Source of the DNA: Rhodosorus marinus CCMP1338
Taxonomy: Eukaryota > Plantae > Rhodophyta
Length of the DNA: 64,000 nt
Assembly (NCBI GenBank): GCA_029953675.1
Contig: JAMWBK010000003.1
Span: 434,001-498,000 of the forward strand
Direction: 5' to 3'
The notes below the pieces were generated by a model. That model saw nothing but the letters and a program-made list of their open reading frames with translations. It did no database searches and was not told the origin of the DNA. The position numbers and the translations under genes are program-made. Below are positions 11,470 to 22,203 of the stretch, in pieces (position 1 is the stretch's first letter; the number at the start of each line of letters is the position of its first letter).

Positions 11470-13816
11470 CAAACCCCACTCTCCTACCCCACCCCTCCAC
11501 CACCTGCCCCCCAAAAAAAAAAGAATCCCTCCAAATATGCAAGACCTGTCGTCGATCAAACACCTGTCTACTCAACACTCAACATCCACCCAACCCTCCC
11601 ACCACTGGCCCGGCCCCCCCCACCCTCTCCATCAAAACCTACTACCAAAAAAAATCACAAACCCTCCCACTCACCTCCCCATCCTCATCCCCCTCAAATC
11701 GATCCGTTTTTCTCAGCAAAAAAACAAACCAAAAAAAAAAAAAATCCCCACCCAAAAAGTCCACACTGAACATTTGGCTTTCGTTCATAAAATTACCAAA
11801 ATTAAACAAAACACATATCCGATTCCGATACTTCCGATACTGTATTGTCAATAACTCCAACCAAAAAAAAAACAAATCTCGATATAATGATTGAATCAAT
11901 CTAAAAACGATACTAGTTTTGGTTTTAATGGTTTTTTAAGATATCGTGGAGATCGGTCGTAGGTGTGTATTTTTTCGATAATTCATTTACTTTTAATTTA
12001 ATAAAAAAGGATACGTGTATCTTCTTTTTTTTCCGCGGATGGCACGTTTTGTTTATATTTTGGATGAAAAAACTGTAGTACGGATGAGGAGGGAGGAGGG
12101 GGGGGGGGGATGTTTTAAATGCAGTAATAAAGATTTATTTGGGACGGAAATGGGGATGGGGTGTGTGGTATGTCCCGTCTTGAACGGGAGTAGAAATTTT
12201 GGGTTTTTGGTTTTTGGGAGGGTTTGGACGGTATGAAAAATGGGACATCACACGGTGAGAGGGGGGGGGGAGGCGGAGGGGACCTGTTCACGGTATTTTG
12301 TACAGTGGGAGAACGTGGTTGTGAAATCTACAGCGTTGAGGGCAACGGCAATGTTATTGCCTAACGATCTCGATGTGCGTTTTTGTCTTTTCACGAGCGC
12401 CAAAGCTCGGGCTTTATCTCATTGGCGGCTCCGCCGTGGTCTCTTCCTTTTGATCCTCCCGCTGTTCATTTAGCTTCCCCAAGTTTCAAGCTTTCTAACT
12501 CTGCTTCCAGCTATTGATAACCGTTCGCTTTTATCCTCACAATTCGAATGCGGCCCGAGATATGCCCGGATACTTAGACCGTGCGAGCGAGCTAAGCGAT
12601 AGTCGCAACAATCGCGATTCTAGTAGCCGAGGTGAAGTTGGATCAAGTCCACTGCTCCGACATGCCATGCAGTATATACAACATCCTAGTCGTTGTCTAA
12701 ATTGCACTGTAGACGTTATAAATCCCAATCAAAGCCTGTCATGCTCCAAATTCCATGGTTCCTCCCGGTCACTCTGTGAGCTTCAAAAAAGCCTTCAAAA
12801 CTTTGATGCATGTCCGCGTACTGCCGCGTATTGCGTGCTGACGCGAAAATCAAGGGGTTCACATCACACCATTTTCGACAGTACCAAACTCAAACTAGTA
12901 GTATCCACTAACGTTCACTAACTCCAACTACTTCCGGAGTAGGTAGATCCCACAAGCTCCAGTCATATCGGCGAGCCCAACTGGCTCGTCCAGATTCTGA
13001 TGCCCCACAACGCCGCACAGTCTGCTGCTCACATGAGAACCTCATCACGGCTGCATGTATCACCCAGGTCAAAGGTGAAGTGTGATGATGGGGTATGCAC
13101 GCCAAAAACAACTCGTAAGCAACGAAAACCTGCACCGCCACATGCTCCAAGCAGTCCATCCGCCCAATGCCATTCCCCATAATTCTTTTTCTCTAGCGCA
13201 TCCAATTTTTCTTCATAATACGAAATGAGGCATACTTCATATTGGATTGTGTCTTAGGTACATTAACGAACATATATCTGGGCGAGCTTGTTCATGAATA
13301 TAGGAAATAAGTTGCTCTATCGCGAATGCCCCCCCTTCCCCCTTAAACCGCCCCCTAAATGCCCCAAGTTCGAGAGAGACCGTTTGACATTTTGTCATTA
13401 CAGAGATGCCCCAAAGCCGACTCCAATTTTTTGCCCCCATTTGCCCGATAACTCCTTTCCAACCTCCTCAACAACATGGATGTCGCGACCTGCATGACAC
13501 ACAGTGAAAAAACAACTGGAGACAAATCTACACCCAGAGTACCAAAATGGGTACAGATCAGGAATGGCTATAAAACATCGGTACAAATCAGGAATGACTA
13601 CAATACGAACCGCAGACGAATCAGAAGCATAATTAGGATTGATCATGAGAAATTACATATAAATACGGAGGTATTCGGCCTCCCCTGGATGAGAGAGAGG
13701 AACGTATCCAAAAATAAGAAAACATAAAAAAATAAAGGAAATTAAAAAGAGTTTTTGGAACAAAGACACCCGCTAACTACGAACGTGCCATTTTGGTCTC
13801 ATCGCTTGGTGGTAAA

Positions 13817-13902
13817 CCTGAAACCCGGAACCCTGAAACCTGGAACCCTGAAACCTGGAACCCTGAAACCTGGAACCCTGAAACCTGGAACCCTGAAACC
13901 TG
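13817..13902 (+). repeat. 15-bp tandem array (CCTGAAACCTGGAAC) x about 5.7 in the retroelement leader
   Basis: Read directly; ends 7 nt before the gag ATG at 13910. Confidence 0.95.
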
Positions 13903-13909
13903 AGAGCGA

Positions 13910-15347
13910 ATGTCGTCGCTCATAAAGATCCAGGCCCCGCAACCGAAGGCTTACGACGGACGCCGGGATGCATTGCTGATTAGCACGTTCCTAAACAGCT
14001 TACGAACATATTTTAAATTAGCGCGACTACCCGAAGACGACGAGGAATATAAGATTACCCTGGCCGAGGGTTATCTCACTGGAGACGCATCGTTTTAGTG
14101 GTCGTTAATTCCTGAGGATAAGCGACCGGACACTTTCGACGAATTCGAGTCTACGTTGAAAGCACAATTCTATCCGGCGGATGCCAAAATCAGGGCTAAA
14201 CAGCAGCTCGCGAAGGTCGTACAGCGCACATCGGTTGCGGCATACTCTGCGTACTTCAACAGATGCCTTATCCGAGTGGGCATCATTTCGGATTCCGAAA
14301 AATTTGACCGCTTCGTCGAAGGACTCAAACCCGACTTCAAATAATACATTTATATACAAGATGTAACAACCTCCGAAGAGGTTTTTACAGCCTCAAGCTC
14401 TCGCGGTGGTAGCCAGCTACAGCTCGGGGCCGGACACCGGAGCATCGAAACAGCGGAAACCGGAACCAAGGGAAACTACCTTCAAGAGTAGAGGAACCCG
14501 CTCGGGCAGAAAGTATCTACCTACGATACAGGAGCTAACACGTCGCAACTGTGCCAACATTATCTGCGACTACTGTGGAAAAAGTTGCCATACGAAGCGC
14601 ATTTGCCGGAGTAATCCAGGAAGGGATCCGACTGTTGCGAAGTCGGCACCACCCCTAACCCAGCAATAAAAAGAGCAGAAGTAGGGGACGCTGTTGCTGT
14701 TGCTGAAGAAGGCGTCCCGATTCCTCTCCACGGGGATATGACAGTCAAAGGGTTGGTCAACGGCAAGGAAACCCCCCTGCTGATCGATACAGGTAGCAGC
14801 CATTCTGTCATAAGGGGATTGCCAGAATCGAGGCCGTTGTTACCTTCCCGACATAGCGATTGGACACAGCGTCACCGGGCGCATCGATTGACATCCTGGG
14901 TGAGGCCGATGTGACCCTACAGCTAGGTGGTCATCACTTCGATTGGCAGCCCTATGTAGTTGAAGACGCTGCGAGCCCCGGATATTTAGGAAGAGATTTC
15001 CTACAAAAATACAACCCGCAGCTGAATTTACACAACCACAACCTGATCATACATCCACAACAACCTGAAGAAGAAAACCCTGAAAATTATCCGGGAAATC
15101 AACCTGAAAAACTCCTTGCTGATGACCATGCTCAACCTTGAGAAAATCCTGAAAATCTTAAAAACCCTGAAGAAATGAATCCGGGAGAAAATAACCCCGA
15201 CGGAAATTACTCTGAAAAACCAGAAAACCAGAGGACACTCCTGAACATAAACAACCAGAGGAGTATCCTGAGGACATCAAGACATTACCCCCTTGGCGAA
15301 AGGTGAACTTCGCAATTGAATTGAAGCCCGGAGCAACACCAACGTCG
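13910..15347 (+). mobile_element. Ty3/gypsy LTR retrotransposon remnant: gag and aspartic protease
   Basis: Gag-like PKAYDGRRD and QRTSVAAY..F..FVEGLK, zinc knuckle CDYCGKSCHTKRIC, protease LLIDTGSSHSV and LGRDFL. In-frame stops at 14096 and 14342 plus frameshifts. Confidence 0.9.
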
Positions 15348-16320
15348 TCTGCACCGACGCCAGCAACGGGGGGCACGTTCGTCGTCTGCACCGACGCCAG
15401 CAACAGGGGGGCAGGTGCTGACGACGAAACGTCCTCTCGAAATCCGGATTGCGTAAAACTGGATCCTTCGATAGTTCCGCCCGTAACTTGTCGAATGCTT
15501 GCTGCTTCAATGCCCCCCATTGGAATTTACTATTCTTCTTCGTCAGTTCTGTTAGTGGTGACGCAATTAAGCTGAAATCTGGCACATAGTTCCATAAATA
15601 CCCCGTGAAGCCTAGGAATGCGTGGATGTCGTGCACATTCCCTGGGGTTTTCCACTTCAAAAGGGCGGCAAGTTTCGCCGGGTCTGGTCTGCGTACTCCA
15701 CTTCCCACGAGGTGACCCAGGTACTTCGTTCCTGGTACGCCAAATGCACATTTCGATTGTTTGCTGTACAATCTAGCCTCCCGTAATTTCGTGAACACGA
15801 TGTCGACATGTCTTCGGTGCGTCTCCAGGATCGGCATGTAAATCATGATTTCATCAAAGAAGATGGTCACAAAAACGCCCAACTCATCGAAGAAGAGTTG
15901 ATTCAGCAGTCTCGTAAAGCTGCCGGGGCATTTGTGAGGCCAAACGGCATCACAAGCCATTCATATAATCCGAACGGCGTTGTGAAAGCCGTCTTGGGAA
16001 AATCCTTTCCCTCCACTATGAGTTGCCAATAGCCGCTCCTTAAGTCGATGACGCTTAGGTATGAGGCGGTACCCAGCGCATCCAGGCAGTCATCAATCCT
16101 CGGAGGGCTCGTCTTATTCGGTATCGTCTGTTGATTTCGCCCACCGTAGTCGATACACAATCTTTTTCCGCCATCTTTCTTATCCACGAACAGACAGGGT
16201 GACGCGAATGGTGAGGAGCTAGGTCGAATCAGGTTTTTAGCTAATAGATCCTGCAGCTGCGACTTCAATTCCTGCTGATCCACCAGGCTCATCCTATAGG
16301 GTCGTCGCGACGTTGGTGTT
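15348..16320 (-). mobile_element. Ty3/gypsy reverse transcriptase (inverted relative to gag-pro) with RNase H start; no integrase seen
   Basis: Motifs [57 protein letters not shown]. The YxDD motif is degenerate (FFDE) and there is a frameshift. RNase H start TFVVCTDASN sits at the junction. Confidence 0.9.
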
Positions 16321-17188
16321 AATAAAAACAGCCTGTCCTTACATGCTGTCCCCGATTTTTGTTGTTTTTTTTGCTTCTACTGGACCTCTTTATCTTCCAA
16401 CAAAACTTGCATTTCAATGGCCACCCTTTGGCGTGATGTATTGAACAGTAACCGTTAATTAATTTTCAATAAGATTCATATATCAAAATCTAGAAATTAC
16501 TCCCACACCCCTTCTTCCCACAGAAAGATTTATTTTGACATACTGACAACCCCCCCTGGTATCAGATCTAAGCAAATATTAACAAGAATAATTTATATTC
16601 AATATTTCCAATTTGGCGAGATCGATCAACTTAAGACGTAGTACTCCTCCATTTTTCATTCCTTTTCTTCTCTTTTTCTTCTGATATCTAAGAAATTTTT
16701 TCTTTGGTTGAAAATGAGCGAAAAAAGTACTTATTATGTATTTTAGTAAGTTTTGGAGGATTTTTCCATAATGGAGTTGTACATCATGGCATGATGGGGA
16801 AGACGCTACGAGAACTGAAAATGAGACTTTTTTCTTCTGGTTTTTAAAAATACTTGATCATGAATTATTGAAAATAGTTAGCACGCAATTTAGTTTTAAT
16901 TTTTTTTTGCTTTTTTGTGAGGAGTTCGATTGTCATCTACTGAAATGAGACTCCAAGGCTGCATGGTATAAAACGCAAAAGTTTGGTTGAGAGAAGTGTG
17001 TATGGATATGAGGTTTGGGAGGGAGGGGAGGGGAGGAGGGAAAGAAAAGGACTTCTAGCTCGTTTAGAAGTTTTGCTTTTGTTTTGGGTGTTGTTGTATC
17101 TGCTGAGTTCTTGACCTCGCTGCTGGTGTTGATTTGAGCGCGGTTTGGCCCTTTGTTTTTTCATTGAGTTTTGGGAGGTTGGGAAGTT

Positions 17189-17616
17189 ATGGATCTGCGG
17201 GTGTCGGGGGTAGAGCTGCCTTCGGAATTGGAGGTGAAGATCCTTGAGCTGCTGGCGAATGATTTGTCCTCGATAATGACTGTTAGACGGGTGTGCAGGC
17301 GCTGGAAGGATATTGTTGACAGCAATAGAGTTATCTGGAAAACGATCCCACTCCAACTGCCCACGCGGTTCCCCGCACAGGCTGAGAAATGGTAGGGTAT
17401 AATTCTTTTTGGTTGGGTGTGCTACTGGGTAGCTCTTAACTGAAAAGGTTCTATGCCCGACGACGTAGGTATCGAAAAGCTGCCGAATTCGGAAACCAAA
17501 ACGCCTACGTTCTTCTGGCACTGCTTTATTCATACGGCTATTCGTGCGCGTGCCATTCAGTTCCCCAGATGGCGACAGGGTTGAGCGTCCCGTCGGCGTA
17601 CAGACTGCTCGTGTAA
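17189..17616 (+). CDS. Small F-box protein with one Sel1-like repeat; 3' end uncertain
   Basis: LPSELEVKILELL..VCRRWKDIV F-box motif. Intron about 17392-17468 joins AEKW to YRKAAEFGNQNAYVLLALLY (Sel1-like). Confidence 0.6.
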
Positions 17617-17901
17617 GGCGCCAAGGAGGGAGGGTAGTGCACCACATTTTTCCAGAGGCTGAAGTTCGAAAACTTCATGCGAACCAAGCTTCATCGGTTG
17701 TTTCCAAGCGGTCCAAGAGGAAGGAATGACCTTAAAGGACTGCTGCTTGAGTCCAAAAAGGACCTTGATCCCTTCTTTGAGACCCGAGACGTTCACAATT
17801 CATCCCAAAGAGGCACACATGAGCCGCGCCCGGCTCATGAGTGTTGGCGCGCATTTCGCTAAAATTTCCAGGTTCAACAATAAGTAAATTAAATTTAATT
17901 T

Positions 17902-20900
17902 CTAGTTAAGATAGCCTCGACAATTCTTCGACCTACACAGGCAAGAAATCTTCTCGTCGTCGTCCTCGAGCTCAAACTTGTAGTCGTATGTGATTTCCTC
18001 CCCGGGCGCGAGCCTTCGTTTGCTGTAAAACACAATCTTCGGTTCCTTTTGCACCTCAATGATGCGCGCATCGACGTTGGGTTCACAGCTGTGGTTGATA
18101 TATCGGGACAGTGCACCGTTCCTTGTAGCATCCACGACGGCTTCCTCGCTCACCCGGAACATGTACGAATCGCCCATTCCCAATCGCTGATACATCCTTT
18201 CCCTCGAGTCGGCGACACTGTTCCTGACGAGTTCGCCTATATACTCCACAACATACTCGCCGGCCTCGATAGACTCAACCGCGTAAAGGCCAAGACCGTG
18301 AATTCTCGACTTGCCAGCCCTGAGGTTCTTCCTCTGCGTCTTCAGAGAAAGCTTGCTCAACAGAGAGGATACTTCACAGTGGAGTCCGGCGTTCCTGCGT
18401 AGGCCTCTCACCGCCCCTCTCTTCCAAGTCTGGTGGGCAGAGTCTTTTATCTCGATCGAAGGTAGGTCTTCCACTACAGATGACTTCATCAAGGGATCCA
18501 CCTTACGATAAGGCTCCGTGCGAGCGCAACCGCTTGGGTTCTCAATAAGAGGCTCCTCTCGCGGCCCCTCAGCATCCGAAGCGGAATCCTCGGCTTCCTC
18601 GCTGCTCACTCCCTCAGAAACCTCGGACACAGCCTCCTTCAGCTCCGGAGACAACCTCTTTCTCAGTCTAGACGAAATATCTTCGCCAGTGGGGACGCCC
18701 TCGACGATCAGCTCCTCCGTGATAGAACCAGACGTCTCATCATCGTCGCTTCCCTGCGGCTTCTTCCGCTTGTACCTCGAGCGCCGTGCTTCTCGCGGGA
18801 GGTGAGTTTTTCCAACCGGAATCTCCCTTCGCTCAGCAGTTCCTTCCTTGCCTGGGATTCCCTTCTCAATGCGTTGCACCTCGGTCTGTTTTCCTTTCGC
18901 ATCTCCCGGCTGCTGCGCGTCGACATCGCCCTTCTTAAGCGCGTACTGGAAGCCTAGCTTTGGCAGGGTATTCAGCATGGCCGAAAGCGATGAAGTCCTA
19001 ACTCGAGATCGCTCATTCTCAGTAACCGTCTTCGAAACGCAGTTGACAGCCTCATTATCTACAATGTCACGAATTTCCTTGAAGACGGCTTCTTTCAGTA
19101 CACGCCTAGCCAGGCTGCAAGTATCTTCGAGCAGTTCTTCTTTGCTGATTGGTGGTCGGGTGACCTTTCCTAGCAGATACATCTCCTCCCCACGAGAAAT
19201 CTCGTAGGTGTGCATGAAAACTCCAAATCGACTCCCTCGGATCAGACGATCTTCATCGTCCGCTCCTCGTATTGATTTGTGGCAAAAGTCCCTCCTACCC
19301 TTGGACGTGAACACGACGATCCAGAACGGGCCGGTGCTCTGGACTTTGATACACCCATACTTCACGAAAAACAATTTCACGTCCACCTCCTTCACGTGTA
19401 CTGGAAGCATAGCCACTCGCAAGGCTGGTAGACTGGGAACGCGATTGTCCTCGCCGGCCGTGAGATTCCTCGCATGCTTCTGAGTACTCCCTTGATCCTC
19501 GTCCCCTAGCTTGCTGTGTAGTTGAGCTTCTTCCCGCTGTTTTCGCTGCTTTTCTTGCTCTTCCTTCATCTTTCGCTTCTTCTCCTCAGCTTGTTCAATC
19601 TGTTTCTGTCTCTCAGCGGCCTTTTCAAGCTCTATAGTTTTCCTACGCTCTTCGTCCTCTTGTAAGCGCTTCACCCGGGCTGCCTCCTCGTCCTCGTCAC
19701 GCTTTCGTAGTCGTTCAAGCTCAACATTTGCTTTCTTAAACAAAGGATCAACTTCAATCTCAAGTGAGCGGCCGAGGAACTTCCTCCCACGGAAGGCTTT
19801 CAACGCAACCTCTGATTCGCGCCTGGAGCAAAACCTGACATGCGCTATGCCGGCATGTGCTCCTTTGTGTCGATAGACTTTGACCTCGGCAACCTTGCCG
19901 TAGTTTGAGAACTCCTGCTGAAGGAACCTCTCGGTGACATTGTTGTTCAAATTCGACAGGAGTAAGACGCGCTCGTCATCAGTAGGATCGTTTTCGTCCC
20001 TCCCATAACGCGGGAGCACGCCAAGAAGTTTCCTCACGGGGCCCGACGCTCTTTCTCGCGGGTCAGCCAATGGAAGCCAAGAGTTCGAGCCCTGAGCTGG
20101 CACTCCGACATCAACGTATCCCCGAACACTGTATTTCCGGATACCTTTCTGCGAATCCGAGCCTATTCCTACGAAGCGCCAATCGTCCCCTCGCAGCGTG
20201 CTTAAACAGGCCACAGCTTCACCGGTGGAGAGCTCTCCCAGGATACGCTTGAGAGCCACAACGCTGCTCTCCCTCGTATCCTGCGTACCAGGTACTTCTT
20301 CTTCAATATCCATGTCATCACTATCGTCATGCTCATCCCCCGCCAGTTTGTGCGGCTCAGGAGGGCCAGGAGGGCCCATGTATATGTTCACTTCGTTTGC
20401 TGCAGTAGCAGAAACCAGTTCAGGCTTTCCCGGGACCGCGTCGATCTGAAATCTAGCCTGTGCGAATACGGTACTCCCCGAAGCCTTTGGTTCCTTGATT
20501 GTGGCTATGAGCGTCGTCATCCCAGGCCCTTTCTCCTGGGAGGTCTCAGCGACTTCGCTCTGTGCTTGGACGCCGCTGGCCTGTATCTCATTCTGCTTTG
20601 TCTGACGCGCCATCTCTGAGAACGGATTCGTCGTCCTCCGCGGCTTGCTGCTGTCACGCCCCCGAATCATTCCCATTCGAACTGGCTGGTGGTCACGGCT
20701 AAGCACGTTCTTCCCGATTCCCGTGGCCTCGAGTCGCTTCGATGGGTTTTGAACTGTAACCCCTCTTTCGGGTTCCATGCCGTTGAGCTGTCCGCTAAAG
20801 GCAAAGTAAGAGGGCTGATCATTCCTGCCCTCAGCATCATCGCGGGGTGCAAGCTCGGCTTCTGTTGAGTTCAGAGAATCCTGGAAGCCGTTTGGTGCAG

Positions 20901-22203
20901 GCCTCTTCTCCTGAACGCCCATTTTCTCCGGTAGGCGGCTCTCTTCGTTAATATCAGCCCCTCTCGGAGATGATAACGCGACGTACTCGCTTCTACCGTG
21001 GCTGTCTGCATTCTCGAACACGTTATTGGAGGACTTTGACATCACAGCCTCCGTGTCACTACCAAAATGCGAAGATGACGTGGGGGGGGACGGTTTCTCC
21101 AATTTTTCTCGTTCTGTCTCCTGAGCATCCACTGCAGGTTCTTGCTTTTGTTCCACATGACTCATATTAGTCTTCGCGACCTGCGCGAAAGAGGCGCTTT
21201 CCGCAGCGGAGTGATCGTTCGAGGGAGCGCTGAGTCGTGAGTTTCCTTCCCCGCGCTCGACAGCCACCTGTTCACGCGCGGGCTCGATGCAGGGGCTGGT
21301 CAACCTTCCCGGATTTTCGCTCTTCCGCTCAGGTTGAGGACTACGACTCCGGCTCCGACTTAAGCTTCTGCTCCTGCTTCTACTCACACTTCGGCTGATA
21401 CTCCGACTCCTACTTCGGCTCCTACTCCGACTTCTACTCCGACTTCTACTCCGACTTGTACTCCGGCTTTTGCTTCGACTTAAGCTCCGACTTACGCTTC
21501 GAACCCGGCGGAGAATACTCCTTCGATTCCCACTCCGGCTGTTGCTCCGACCTCTACTTCGACTCCTGCTCCGGCTCCTGGCGGCGGTTCTACCCAGAAT
21601 TCCTGCGCTCTCCCTCCAATCATTTCCCGCCGGGCCTGCATTCAATCGGCGTGTTGGTGGTCGAATGGGAGACCGGCTTCGACTGCGGCTGCGACTTCGG
21701 TTTCGCCTGAACCGGACAGGACTAGGAGGGATGTTCGGATTCCTTGTCCTTGGAGGCACGAAACCCCTTCCAAGAGGGGCAGCCTGTGGCGCGCTGTGTC
21801 TATGTCCATGGAGTTGCGCATTCCTCGCAGTCTGTATTCGTACACGAGCTCCTGGGGCAGGAGGAAGTTTGATGGTGTTGCGTCCGACCATCATCACGTT
21901 CCCTGGAGGTGGAACTGGACGCGTAAACCTTCGGATAGGTTTGGCAATCGGATTTCTCCTGTTATCCCTAATATCCCTCTGGCCCCCCCAACCTCTCCTT
22001 AACGGTACGTGGGGATCGAAGGGACGGTGATATCGTGGACCTGGCCTAGGCTGCCCTGTCGAAAGCACCTCACGCCGCGGGTTGAAGGTGGGCCTCGGGT
22101 TCCCGAGAGCCTTCCGATCAGCAACGACCTCTCCGTCTTCGACGATTTCACCGTCATCATTTCGACGCTCATTTACAGCCCTCGGTGCCGCCCGGGGGTC
22201 CAT
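17902..22203 (-). CDS. SET1: SET1/COMPASS histone H3K4 methyltransferase, 1,433 aa, intronless
   Basis: SET domain GKSRIHGLGLYA..EYIGE..RYINHSCEPN..EEITYDY, post-SET CLCRSKNCRGYLN, WIN-like GCARTE, RRM (LLLSNL..GIAHVRF), N-terminal RS-rich tract. Confidence 0.92.
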   Translation of the reverse strand: MDPRAAPRAVNERRNDDGEIVEDGEVVADRKALGNPRPTFNPRREVLSTGQPRPGPRYHRPFDPHVPLRRGWGGQRDIRDNRRNPIAKPIRRFTRPVPPPGNVMMVGRNTIKLPPAPGARVRIQTARNAQLHGHRHSAPQAAPLGRGFVPPRTRNPNIPPSPVRFRRNRSRSRSRSRSPIRPPTRRLNAGPAGNDWRESAGILGRTAARSRSRSRSRGRSNSRSGNRRSILRRVRSVSRSLSRSKSRSTSRSRSRSRSRSRSRSRSRSISRSVSRSRSRSLSRSRSRSPQPERKSENPGRLTSPCIEPAREQVAVERGEGNSRLSAPSNDHSAAESASFAQVAKTNMSHVEQKQEPAVDAQETEREKLEKPSPPTSSSHFGSDTEAVMSKSSNNVFENADSHGRSEYVALSSPRGADINEESRLPEKMGVQEKRPAPNGFQDSLNSTEAELAPRDDAEGRNDQPSYFAFSGQLNGMEPERGVTVQNPSKRLEATGIGKNVLSRDHQPVRMGMIRGRDSSKPRRTTNPFSEMARQTKQNEIQASGVQAQSEVAETSQEKGPGMTTLIATIKEPKASGSTVFAQARFQIDAVPGKPELVSATAANEVNIYMGPPGPPEPHKLAGDEHDDSDDMDIEEEVPGTQDTRESSVVALKRILGELSTGEAVACLSTLRGDDWRFVGIGSDSQKGIRKYSVRGYVDVGVPAQGSNSWLPLADPRERASGPVRKLLGVLPRYGRDENDPTDDERVLLLSNLNNNVTERFLQQEFSNYGKVAEVKVYRHKGAHAGIAHVRFCSRRESEVALKAFRGRKFLGRSLEIEVDPLFKKANVELERLRKRDEDEEAARVKRLQEDEERRKTIELEKAAERQKQIEQAEEKKRKMKEEQEKQRKQREEAQLHSKLGDEDQGSTQKHARNLTAGEDNRVPSLPALRVAMLPVHVKEVDVKLFFVKYGCIKVQSTGPFWIVVFTSKGRRDFCHKSIRGADDEDRLIRGSRFGVFMHTYEISRGEEMYLLGKVTRPPISKEELLEDTCSLARRVLKEAVFKEIRDIVDNEAVNCVSKTVTENERSRVRTSSLSAMLNTLPKLGFQYALKKGDVDAQQPGDAKGKQTEVQRIEKGIPGKEGTAERREIPVGKTHLPREARRSRYKRKKPQGSDDDETSGSITEELIVEGVPTGEDISSRLRKRLSPELKEAVSEVSEGVSSEEAEDSASDAEGPREEPLIENPSGCARTEPYRKVDPLMKSSVVEDLPSIEIKDSAHQTWKRGAVRGLRRNAGLHCEVSSLLSKLSLKTQRKNLRAGKSRIHGLGLYAVESIEAGEYVVEYIGELVRNSVADSRERMYQRLGMGDSYMFRVSEEAVVDATRNGALSRYINHSCEPNVDARIIEVQKEPKIVFYSKRRLAPGEEITYDYKFELEDDDEKISCLCRSKNCRGYLN

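Noticed and set aside
7390-11854. H/P/K-rich plus-strand ORFs (7390-7794, 7466-7963, 11215-11769, 11537-11854)
   Set aside because: Antisense shadows of real genes or products of C/A-skewed low-complexity DNA.
12514-13727. Short ORFs upstream of gag, and a possible 5' LTR
   Set aside because: No recognisable motifs, and no second copy in the window to define an LTR.
13817-13902. CRISPR array
   Set aside because: Contiguous units with no unique spacers, no cas genes, eukaryotic context.
14096-14344. RIP-like CpA-to-TpA mutation behind the two gag stops
   Set aside because: Only two sites, with guessed ancestral codons; needs a family consensus.
16557-16566. TGGTATCAGA, a 10-nt match to the tRNA-iMet primer-binding site
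   Set aside because: It lies downstream of the element, with no LTR end before it and no gag after it; probably chance.
17611-17637. 27-nt GT...AG micro-intron that would extend the F-box ORF to 17862
   Set aside because: Much shorter than the other introns here, purine-rich and without a branch site; needs cDNA evidence.
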